In this document: positions 29,505-38,214 of the stretch, in pieces
How the letters are laid out: the number at the start of each line of letters is the position of its first letter
Position numbering within the stretch: the stretch's first letter is position 1
Source: Candidatus Poribacteria bacterium
GTDB taxonomy: Bacteria > Poribacteria > WGA-4E > PCPOR2b
DNA length: 64,000 bases
Reading direction: 5' to 3'
Assembly: GCA_965198175.1 (NCBI GenBank)
Contig: OZ240245.1
Coordinates: forward strand, 3,424,001-3,488,000
Made by a program: the position numbers and the translations under genes
The notes under the pieces: generated by a model
The model's input: only the letters and a program-made list of their open reading frames with translations
Database searches by the model: none
What the model was told of the DNA's origin: nothing

Positions 29505-30793
29505 AATTTGTTTGCTTTCCGACGCTTGATTTCGGCTTTAGCCCTTTCTACCACATCACCTGCATCATCGCCAAAGAAGTCCCGGGGCCAATTGCTAACG
29601 TTGCCGTATTCATCCATTTTGAGCGGTTCAATTTCGGATGTGCCATCGTTGATTTGGCAGGAATAGAGCTCCGTGCTACCCGCGGAGAATTTTCCCTCGG
29701 CGATGCGTCGCGTCAAGCGGTGAAGCAGGTGCTCGCTGTGGCTTTCAAGGATAATTTGGACATTGCGACGTTTCACGACATCAATGAGGACATCCGCCAA
29801 CTTCGACTGCACTTGCGGATGGAGGTGCGCCTCGGGCTGTTCGAGAATGAGGATTGAACCTTCCGGAACGTAATAGCAAAGTATGAGCGCAGGAAGGACT
29901 TGGGACACACCGAAACCGACATCCGTTAGTCGGACTTCGGGACCGCCTTTGTGCTTCGTTACAAGGAATTCGTAGCTATGTTCTTTATCAGAAACGGCAA
30001 CAAGGCGATAGGCGTGGATTAAACCCAACCGTTGCAACCACCTCGGCACCTGTTCGTCAAGATTTAATAATTGAATCCGAGCCGAAAACAGTGCCGAAAC
30101 CATTTCTCGTCCATGTTGCCCAACGCCTTCCGGGTGATCGCCCTCCCAAGTGTAATGAGTGCGGGGATATTCGCGACGAGGGCCGAGGTAAAAGATGCGG
30201 GAAAACAGTTCTTCAAATGCTTCCTCAAATCGCCAAAAAGATCGTTTAGGATTACTAGACGATTTTCCGCGCACGCCGTAGCACCGGAATGGGGGACCAG
30301 ACAAAAACACACGCTCGGCATCGTGACTAAAACGATCTTTGTCAGAGTTCCAGCCTATAGAAAAGTGTCGTCCACTTATACCATAAGTAAAAGACTTCGC
30401 TGCAACCGAATGTTTATCTATTTTGAAAATGGAAGTTGAGAAAGAGAGCGTTGTGGTTTCAATCCGATAATCACTTCCTCCGATCGGAAGTTCAATGGTT
30501 AATTTTTCGGGCAAATTCCACGAAACAGTAATGCCGATACTTAAATCCTGCCTGTGTTTGTTGATGACATCGCCGAAACTACGCAAGTTGACCAATGAGG
30601 TTTCATCACCGAAATCAAGGGCATCATTCCAGTTTGGTGGGCGTGCCACTGTCTGCTTGAGCATTAGCAATACCTGCAGGATACTGGTTTTGCCCGAGCT
30701 ATTGGCGCCGAAGAATCCGGTCAATGGAGCGAAACCTATTTTGCCTGTGTCTTCCCACGATTTGAAATTTTCCGCTCCGAGTTCGGTAATCAT
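29501..30793 (-). CDS. ABC/AAA_21-type ATPase with DUF3696-like C-terminus, paralog 2
   Basis: GANSSGKT, DVGFGVSQ, LEQPEAHLHP, ESHSEH, DEYGN--NWP--FF; start 30793 with GGAGG RBS. Confidence 0.88.
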   Translation of the reverse strand: MITELGAENFKSWEDTGKIGFAPLTGFFGANSSGKTSILQVLLMLKQTVARPPNWNDALDFGDETSLVNLRSFGDVINKHRQDLSIGITVSWNLPEKLTIELPIGGSDYRIETTTLSFSTSIFKIDKHSVAAKSFTYGISGRHFSIGWNSDKDRFSHDAERVFLSGPPFRCYGVRGKSSSNPKRSFWRFEEAFEELFSRIFYLGPRREYPRTHYTWEGDHPEGVGQHGREMVSALFSARIQLLNLDEQVPRWLQRLGLIHAYRLVAVSDKEHSYEFLVTKHKGGPEVRLTDVGFGVSQVLPALILCYYVPEGSILILEQPEAHLHPQVQSKLADVLIDVVKRRNVQIILESHSEHLLHRLTRRIAEGKFSAGSTELYSCQINDGTSEIEPLKMDEYGNVSNWPRDFFGDDAGDVVERAKAEIKRRKANKL

Positions 30794-30838
30794 GGCTCTT
30801 ACCTCCTTCTCGTAAGACGTTTGTATCGACAATCACCG

Positions 30839-32131
30839 TCATAATTTGCTTGCTTTCCGGCGCTTAACTTCAGCTCTGCCTTGTTTTATCAGGTCACCGG
30901 TGACATCGCCAAAGAATTCTTGGGGCCAATTGCTGATGTTGCCGTATTCATCGACCCTTAGTGGCTCAATTTCGGATGTGCCATCCTTGATTTGGCAGAA
31001 ATAGAGCTCCGTGTCATCCACGGAAAGTTGTTTCTCGGCAATCCGGCGCATCAAGCGGTGAATCAGGTGCTCGCTGTGGCTTTCAACGACAATCTGTAGG
31101 TTGCGATTCTTGACGGCGTCAATGAGAACATCGCCTAATTCTGATTGCACTTTCGGATGGAGGTGCGCTTCGGGTTGTTCCAATATGAGAATTGAGCCTT
31201 CTGGTGCATAGTAGCAGAGAATCAATACCGGCAGCACTTGGGAGACACCGAAACCCACATCCGTCAGTCGGACTTCAGGACCGCCCTTGTGTTTTGTGAC
31301 GAGAAATTCGTAATCCTTTTGCGTACGAGGAACGGGGGCGAGGCGATAGGAATCGATTAACCCCAATGACTGCAACCATTTCGGTATGTGTTCGTCAAGA
31401 TTAGAGAGTTGAATTCGCGATGAAAACAGCGCAGCGACCATTTCTTCCCCATGCCGTCCAACACCTTCCGGATGTTTGCCTCCCCAAATGTAATGGGGGC
31501 GGGGATTTTCACGCAGCGGGCCCAGGTAAAGGATTCGATTGAAAAGGTTTTCAAGAGAATCTATAAGAGGCAAAAGAGTTGCGTGATGATCATCCGGTAT
31601 GTGAATTTTATAGAAACTTAACGGGCGCGTCTCTATTTCACCCGCTGAATAGGCTGGATCCCCCGTTCTTACTAAAAAGTCGGGGAGTTCGAACTTCCAA
31701 CTCGGAAAGTTACTTTCTAACCGCCATTTCTGTCCATTAGCTGAATAACAGTACGCCTTCAAAATCAAATAATCATTTTTTCTCCCAATGGACGTTGAAA
31801 AGGAAATAGAATTGATTAAGCGCTCATCAATCTTCATTTCTTCGGTGGTTTTCCACGACACCGAGACACCGAGGTTCAAATTCGAGTTATGTTGGTGAAT
31901 GACATCGTCGAAACTGCCTAAGTTGACCAGCGATGACTCATTGCCAAAGGATAACCACTGGTCCCATTGTAGCGTTGGATGTTCCACAGTCTGCTTGAGC
32001 ATGAGGAGTACCTGCAAAATGCTGCTTTTGCCCGAGCTATTCGCACCAAAGAATCCAGTCAAGGGTGCGAACTGCAGCGCACCGGTATCTTTCCATGACT
32101 TGAAATTTTGGGCTCTGAGTTCGGTAATCAT
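30839..32131 (-). CDS. ABC/AAA_21-type ATPase with DUF3696-like C-terminus, paralog 1
   Basis: Same motif set as the adjacent paralog. Confidence 0.88.
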   Translation of the reverse strand: MITELRAQNFKSWKDTGALQFAPLTGFFGANSSGKSSILQVLLMLKQTVEHPTLQWDQWLSFGNESSLVNLGSFDDVIHQHNSNLNLGVSVSWKTTEEMKIDERLINSISFSTSIGRKNDYLILKAYCYSANGQKWRLESNFPSWKFELPDFLVRTGDPAYSAGEIETRPLSFYKIHIPDDHHATLLPLIDSLENLFNRILYLGPLRENPRPHYIWGGKHPEGVGRHGEEMVAALFSSRIQLSNLDEHIPKWLQSLGLIDSYRLAPVPRTQKDYEFLVTKHKGGPEVRLTDVGFGVSQVLPVLILCYYAPEGSILILEQPEAHLHPKVQSELGDVLIDAVKNRNLQIVVESHSEHLIHRLMRRIAEKQLSVDDTELYFCQIKDGTSEIEPLRVDEYGNISNWPQEFFGDVTGDLIKQGRAEVKRRKASKL

Positions 32132-32213
32132 AACTTATTCCTCTCTTTCACAAAGAGATTGAAGAATACAAGCCAACACGCGCCGATGATAAAGCGTTGG
32201 GTTTCACTACTAC

Positions 32214-32345
32214 AACCTCCCCTAACCCCTCCTTGGTAAGGAGGGGGATAAGCAGGAAAATTCTCCCCTTTGCTAAGGGGGAGCGAGAGGGGGTCAGAGT
32301 TTTCCCAACAACCTCCCCTAGCCCCTCCTTAGCATGGAGGGGAAT
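32214..32345. repeat. A-B-A repeat cluster upstream of the ATPase operon
   Basis: Motif A at about 32214 and 32310, motif B at about 32263. Confidence 0.88.
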
Positions 32346-32455
32346 GAAGCATAAGAATATCGGCAAGGTACGCTAACCGTGGCAGAAGCATCTAAACCTT
32401 TCGCTCGCTTGATCTATTCGCTCAGTTGATCCTATTCGGTTGCTTCATGCGGAAA

Positions 32456-32541
32456 TCGGGAAAAGGATTTCCCTCCTACAGGTCTCAGATTGTGCAGTTC
32501 TTGTGGGTTGGGTTTCACCGCTGGCTTTACCCAATCTACAA
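32456..32541. repeat. Composite REP unit at the right edge of the R-M island
   Basis: Same two sub-motifs, same order and orientation as 21155-21228. Confidence 0.65.
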
Positions 32542-32921
32542 GTACAATTTTTTCACGAAAAAATTACATCAAATTACATCGATGTAATTTTAGGATCGCT
32601 GAATGTCAGTCCCAGAGCGGATTTGGCGAATTACATTTTACATCAATTTATTTTTTCATGCCGCGGTGCGAGAACAAAACAACCCCACAGCGGCAGCATT
32701 TGGCAGAAGCTGCGACACTTCTGCGGCGAAGGATTCGGACCTTTCGCCATCGTGTAAGCTACCTCTATGGGGTTTTCGCCTACAAGGTGTTTATTTGATT
32801 AAATGCGGCTCACAGGTAAATCAGCGTCGAGTCGCCCGTGATTCGAGCCTCACGTCTGCGTCAAATTAGGTTGATGACGGACTCGCTGATCGATTGGTTA
32901 ATAGAAATCTTACACTACAGT

Positions 32922-32950
32922 ATAATACGCCATGACAGCAGGGGTGTCAA
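32922..32950 (-). promoter_or_regulatory. Sigma-70-type promoter facing the defence island
   Basis: TTGACA-N17-TATTAT on the minus strand. Confidence 0.55.
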
Positions 32951-33114
32951 GGGTTTTAGAAAGCGAAACGCGAATAAGATGCAAGGTAAAGTTGACACAG
33001 AAAGCCTTTATGGGAAAAACTGCAGATTTGGTTGATTTCCATGCAAAACCTGCAGAAATTTTACGATTCATGTTTGCTCCGTTTTTTCGCAAAAGTGTTG
33101 GGTTTCCCTACTAC

Positions 33115-33415
33115 AACCTCCCCCAACCCCTCCTTAGTAAGGAGGGGAATGAGTAATGTTAGAACCGACAAGGCACGACCGCTGTGGGAAGGGCGTCTTA
33201 GACTATCGCCCTCGCTACTCGTTCGGTTGATCGCTCAACCCTACCTACGACCTCCCCTAACCCCTCCTTAGTAAGGAGGGGAATGAGTAATGTTAGAACC
33301 GACAAGGCACGACCGCTGTGGGAAGGCGTCTAAAAGTATCGCACTCACTATTCGTTCGGTTGATCGTTCAACCCAACCTACGACCTCCCCTAGCCCCTGC
33401 TTAGTAAAGAGGGGA
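33115..33415. repeat. Tandem ~134-bp units bounded by three motif A copies
   Basis: Motif A + GAATGAGTAATGTTAGAACCGACAAGGCACGACCGCTGTGGGAAGG occurs twice; third A at about 33383. Confidence 0.88.
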
Positions 33416-33434
33416 TGTTTGTTCTCCGTGGGTG

Positions 33435-34760
33435 CTAGAAGACCGCTGAACGCTTCGCCGCTTGGGCTTTTTCCACATCAACGAACCAGAGCAAAATCAG
33501 ACCGACAATAAAGAAGATCATCAATGAGATGATAGACAGCCGCGCCGTTCCTGTAATCTGTCGGATGACGCTAAACACCAGAGGTCCCCAGATTGCGGAG
33601 AACTTACTAAACACAGAGTAGAACCCGTAAAACTCCGCGCTGGCTTGCTCTGGGATCATTGAACCGTAGAGCGAACGGCTGAGCGCTTGCGACCCGCCAA
33701 GAACGATTCCGACAATCGCGCCGAGGATAAAGAATTCAGTCGTTGTCTGTAGGAAATAAGCATAGGTAACAACGCAACTCCATAGAACTAAAGAGAGCAT
33801 TACAGCACGTTTGGTTCCAATTTTATCAGCCAGTTTGCCAAATAGCAATGCGCCACCCGATCCAATAATCTGGATAATCAGCAAGGTCACCATCAAAACG
33901 GTTGTCGAAAACTTCAATTCTTCCGTTCCATAAATCGTCGCCATGCTGATGACCGTCTGGATGCCGTCGTTATAGATCATGAAGGCAATCAGAAATAGCA
34001 ACAGATGCTTGAAGCGTCGGACCTTCCTCAATGTCCCTAAGGTCCTGCTGACACCGATCGAGAAATAGGCAAACAGCTTGGGCGTGGATTGATACCGTTC
34101 GGGTATCGATTCTGAGGCGCCGCCCTCTTTCTCTTTTAAGTGTACTAACGTGAACAGCGTGAAACCCGCCCACCAGAGGCCCGCCATGGCGATTCCGATA
34201 CGGGCAGCCAGCGATTGACTGATACCAATGGAACCGTGTCCGGCGACAAGCGCCAACGCGATTGCAAATTGTAGCCCTCCGCCGACGTACCCGTAGGAGA
34301 ACCCTTTGCCCGAGACCCAATCCATCTTATCTTCAGATGAAATCTGGGGAAGAAACGCATCGTAGAAGACGTTAGCCCCCACATACCCAATCTGTGAAAT
34401 GAGGAAGAAGATGACGGTCATCCAGACATCTCCGGTACCACAGAAATAGAGGAGCATCGCAGCGAGGCTGCCTGTGTAGGCGAAGGACATCAAGAACTTC
34501 TTCTTCGCCGAAGAGAAGTCCGATATAGCGCCAAGCACCGGGGCGAACAGAAATACAGAGAACGCAGCGAAACTGACCATCGCTCCCCACAATACGGACG
34601 CGCTGACGACCGTGTCTCCGATTTGGACACCGCCTTCACCCACAATCGCCAGGACAAAGTAGTTTGGTAGAAGCGCTGCGACCACCGTCGTGACGTAGGC
34701 GGAATTCGCCCAGTCGTACATGCACCAGCCGAAAATTGTCTTTTTGTCGTTTTTCGTCAT
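33435..34760 (-). CDS. MFS transporter (UMF1/ATG22-like)
   Basis: GWCMYDWANSAY, NVFYDAFLP, YNDGIQT, QALSRS motifs; many TM segments. Confidence 0.9.
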   Translation of the reverse strand: MTKNDKKTIFGWCMYDWANSAYVTTVVAALLPNYFVLAIVGEGGVQIGDTVVSASVLWGAMVSFAAFSVFLFAPVLGAISDFSSAKKKFLMSFAYTGSLAAMLLYFCGTGDVWMTVIFFLISQIGYVGANVFYDAFLPQISSEDKMDWVSGKGFSYGYVGGGLQFAIALALVAGHGSIGISQSLAARIGIAMAGLWWAGFTLFTLVHLKEKEGGASESIPERYQSTPKLFAYFSIGVSRTLGTLRKVRRFKHLLLFLIAFMIYNDGIQTVISMATIYGTEELKFSTTVLMVTLLIIQIIGSGGALLFGKLADKIGTKRAVMLSLVLWSCVVTYAYFLQTTTEFFILGAIVGIVLGGSQALSRSLYGSMIPEQASAEFYGFYSVFSKFSAIWGPLVFSVIRQITGTARLSIISLMIFFIVGLILLWFVDVEKAQAAKRSAVF

Positions 34761-34812
34761 AACCTTGTTTGAGGTGGAAATCGAAATGATACGTGGGTGA
34801 ATAGATGTCCCC

Positions 34813-35568
34813 TTAACCGCCGGCACTCGCGGGTTGCCTTGTGTCCCCCACGTTGCGTTTCTTCCAATCGCTGATTAAGAACGGTGAGTAGACGGCGAAG
34901 AACAGTGCCAGTGCGAGACCATCCAAAATCGGTATATACCACGGCCAAGGCACGAAGAGCGGAGACTCTGGGTTGAACACCGGAAATTTCGTCTTTGGTG
35001 GTGCACAAAGGAACATGTAGTTGGCTGACAGCAACTGATTAACGCCGCCGATAACGACTGCGAGGAGATTGATTACAAGGAATGCACGGAATAAGGACTT
35101 TAGCGTTGGCCGCATCTGCATCCCAAGCGTGGAAAACAGAACTCCAGCGACGATACCGCCGTGAGCCACAAAATATTGGAACGCACGATACTGCGGAAAA
35201 CCGACCTCAAGCTGAGGGGTGAGTATCGCGTTGAATGAGCCCACCAGACCCCAGAAATAGGCGAACTCGTAGAGGATCTGGACCCGAAAGAGGAGTGCAG
35301 CGGCAGTTGCGAATGTTGACAGCCCGCAGATGTGGAGCGGGAGGTAGTTCTGCAGAAACAGGTGAGACTCACCCCTGATCAGTCGATAGCCCCAATGCCC
35401 GAATTCATTGCCGAGTATAAGTGCTCCTAGTAGGTAACGGACAGCTCGCGTGATTTTTGGCGAATCCGCCCTCCGGACCAACGCGGATAGCACGAGGGGA
35501 ATAACAATCGTTAGTATCAGAACGATGATGTGGTGAATGCTGAGAAACTGAAATTCGGGTTGTGCCAT
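34813..35568 (-). CDS. YwaF/TIGR02206-type integral membrane protein
   Basis: LPLHIC, AILTP, YFVAHG, ANYMFL, PWP-Y. Confidence 0.82.
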   Translation of the reverse strand: MAQPEFQFLSIHHIIVLILTIVIPLVLSALVRRADSPKITRAVRYLLGALILGNEFGHWGYRLIRGESHLFLQNYLPLHICGLSTFATAAALLFRVQILYEFAYFWGLVGSFNAILTPQLEVGFPQYRAFQYFVAHGGIVAGVLFSTLGMQMRPTLKSLFRAFLVINLLAVVIGGVNQLLSANYMFLCAPPKTKFPVFNPESPLFVPWPWYIPILDGLALALFFAVYSPFLISDWKKRNVGDTRQPASAGG

Positions 35569-35861
35569 TGCGGTTTCTACACGCTCAATACCTGCCGGTT
35601 TTCGTAAGATTCAAGTGACAAACGCCACCAGGAGAACGTCTCCGTGGGAATCAACCTCGGAAACGAAGCGCACTCCCGATCGTCACGTCTAATCGCCTTA
35701 ATTATAACACAATTTGTTTCGGTTGACAAAGTAGCATACCGCTCCGCTGGAGCGCGGTATGCGGATACTTGCGATAGATCGCTGTTTCCAGGAAAGCATG
35801 ATACGCTCGCATAGAGATGCGGGTAACAGTAAGACTTGCAAGGGGGAGAACATGTAATTAG

Positions 35862-36701
35862 TCAATTCGACCAGAGGCGGGAGTCTTTGATGAGATTGGA
35901 AGCCCACTGAATAACACCGTCATCTGTATGGATGACAAACTCTTGCCCACGACTTCTCGACTGAAAATAATCTTCCTTCCACACCTCCTCTTTATTTGGG
36001 TGGTATGAAATTGTCAAGTGCCGGAATATTTTCGGGTCGAGATTCCAGTGGCTTATTAGTCGCGCCCCTTTCTTTGTTAGCCGGTGCCGTTCATCATCAA
36101 ACTGAAAGACACCGCCACCGGGGTAAATCGGGTGTAGACTTAGCTTTGGCTTGGCAACATAGATTGTATTGTTAATGTGTTTCGTGTGAGCGGGCATCGT
36201 ATGAGGATGATCATGTAACCAACTTGGAAATTCAGCATCCTCGTTGGCGCAAATCCTTTTACCAATCTCCAAATAACCGAATATGGCATGGAAGCCCATT
36301 TCATCGCCACAAAACTGTAATCGACCATCAACCTCGACAGTATGACAAAACCAGCCGAAAAACAGAAATAGATCGCCTTCAGAGACCTCCTGATTTCGTA
36401 GATGCCCTCCTGCCTTGTCGTTCTGACCAAACGCTGGGAGCCAGCCCGCCCTGCGCGGTCGTACACTAACCACCAGATCCGGATCCAGGTGAGCCCCTTT
36501 GCTGCCAATGTAAGCTCTGGCGCCAAGTTCCTCAATAATCTGGCAGTAGTTCTTGCCCCGAGGCGCGCAAATTTCATGATATGCCAAGTTGTCTGATAAT
36601 AATGGAATCGGCAGGCTAAGCATTCTGCCATCCGGCAAAATGGGGCTCGGATGCCCGCCGTTTTCACTATCAAACCCTTTTCGGCTCAGAATAATTTTCA
36701 C
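35862..36701 (-). CDS. Nmad3-like (nucleotide-modification-associated) protein
   Basis: MKIILSRKGFDS--GG--SPILPDG---SLPIP, HLDPDL, FGQ, GDLFLFFGWF, RGQEFV. Confidence 0.78.
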   Translation of the reverse strand: MKIILSRKGFDSENGGHPSPILPDGRMLSLPIPLLSDNLAYHEICAPRGKNYCQIIEELGARAYIGSKGAHLDPDLVVSVRPRRAGWLPAFGQNDKAGGHLRNQEVSEGDLFLFFGWFCHTVEVDGRLQFCGDEMGFHAIFGYLEIGKRICANEDAEFPSWLHDHPHTMPAHTKHINNTIYVAKPKLSLHPIYPGGGVFQFDDERHRLTKKGARLISHWNLDPKIFRHLTISYHPNKEEVWKEDYFQSRSRGQEFVIHTDDGVIQWASNLIKDSRLWSN

Positions 36702-36894
36702 GGTGCTACCTCCAATTTCATGATTTTGGGACAGAAACCGAGTTGTCGAGAAAGATCTCGGTTTCTATGCGCGTTTTGCAGGCTTGGGGAAATCCAAACG
36801 TTATGGATGCGCTTCTCATTATAGCACAGCACCTCAACCGGCGAAGCCAAGAAAATGACTCACCAGCACAACGTCAGATAAGCACTGACGCGAA

Positions 36895-36950
36895 CTGTAG
36901 GAGGCGCTTCCTAGCCCCGATGGTCGGGACAGGGGCGTCTCGGCTACAAT
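36895..36950. repeat. Inverted GTAG-type REP pair
   Basis: TGTAGGAGGCGCTTCCTAGCCCCGAT ... GTCGGGACAGGGGCGTCTCGGCTACA, imperfect inverted repeat. Confidence 0.55.
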
Positions 36951-37160
36951 AGGTAACGGCAGATTTTGCGGTTGACGAAGATTAGAAATCTTGCTACACT
37001 TGGTCGATGTAGGGCTGCGATATTCTGAACACAATCCACCAGTTTGATTTCCAGGGCACCCGCCCGCCACGTATTTGCGCATAGTTCTTCGCAAAGATGA
37101 GATAATTTGTGGACAAAGCTTCCGCAATCGAAAACTGCCAGCCAGATGGGATCCGCCTGA

Positions 37161-38201
37161 GAGTGTTCGGCATCGGGCTTATTTTGGCGCAATCTCTATT
37201 TTGACGAACAAGCACAAGGGGCGTGGATCGCTTTGGGGGGTTTGGCGCTGTGGGTGGGGCGCAAACACTTCAGGCGGGTATTCGTGCAAGCGTTCAAGGG
37301 AAAGGGGAACATTGATGAGTCTAAAGAGCCGATGTCGTATCGGACCGCGCTTTTGGGCATCGTTGCAGGGGTGATTTTCCTTCTCTCGTTCGCCGACAAA
37401 GCCGGTTTTTCTTCGTGGGTCCTGCTACTCTTTTTGGCGTTATTCTGCTGTAGCGCGATCGGTGTGACCAAGATGCGGAGCGGACTTGGATTGCCTGTGC
37501 ATGAATTGCTGTGGGTAGACCCCGCGCGAACGATGGTGACCTCAATCGGAACACGCGCCTACGGTCCACGAAACTTGACGATTCTCAGCTTCCTGTATTC
37601 GTTGAATCGAGATCAAGCCGCCCATCCGATGCCGAATCAGTTCGAGGTCTTTCGGATTGGCGAGCAAGCCAACATCAATACGCGAAAACTGGTCTGGGCG
37701 ATGCTAATCACTCTCCTGCTCGCGATACCGGTGACCTTTGTGATATTCCTCATCATCTTATATCAGTATGGCGCGGATAACATGGCGCCGTGGCTCATCA
37801 ATATCGGGCGAGAAAGCTTTGCACGGCGACTCCAACTGTGGTTAACGTCCCCAACGGGTCCCGATTACGTGACGATGGGCTTTATGGGACTCGGCGTGAC
37901 CATTACCGGCTTCTTCCTAGCGATGAAAATGCGCTTTCTCTGGTGGCCCTTTCATCCGGTCGGTTACGTGCTGGGGGTCAGTCCGGCAGAGATGGTCTAT
38001 ATCTGGGTGCCGGTGCTGATCAGTTGGTGTCTGAAATTCGCTATCCTCCGATATGGCGGGCTTCGGGCGTATCGCCGAGCGCTCCCGTTCTTTGCAGGCT
38101 TGATGCTAGGGGACTATACGCTCGGCTGCATCTGGAGCATTATCAGCGCCGTGTTCAAAATAACGGTGTACAACATGGGCTGGCACCCCGTGTTGAGTTG
38201 A
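37161..38201 (+). pseudogene. C-terminal half of a DUF6785/DUF6784-like membrane protein, apparently 5'-truncated
   Basis: EQAQGAW, EPMSYR-A--G, WWPFHPVGY, LRYGGLRAYRRALPFFAGL-LGD; frame open only back to a stop near 37158, no good start. Confidence 0.55.
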
Positions 38202-38214
38202 TGATCGTTCCGAG

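Noticed and set aside
28998..32131. Assignment to PARIS, Septu or Menshen
   Set aside because: The partner is a PIN domain, not TOPRIM or HNH, and no DUF262/ParB-like gene is present; left unassigned pending an HMM search.
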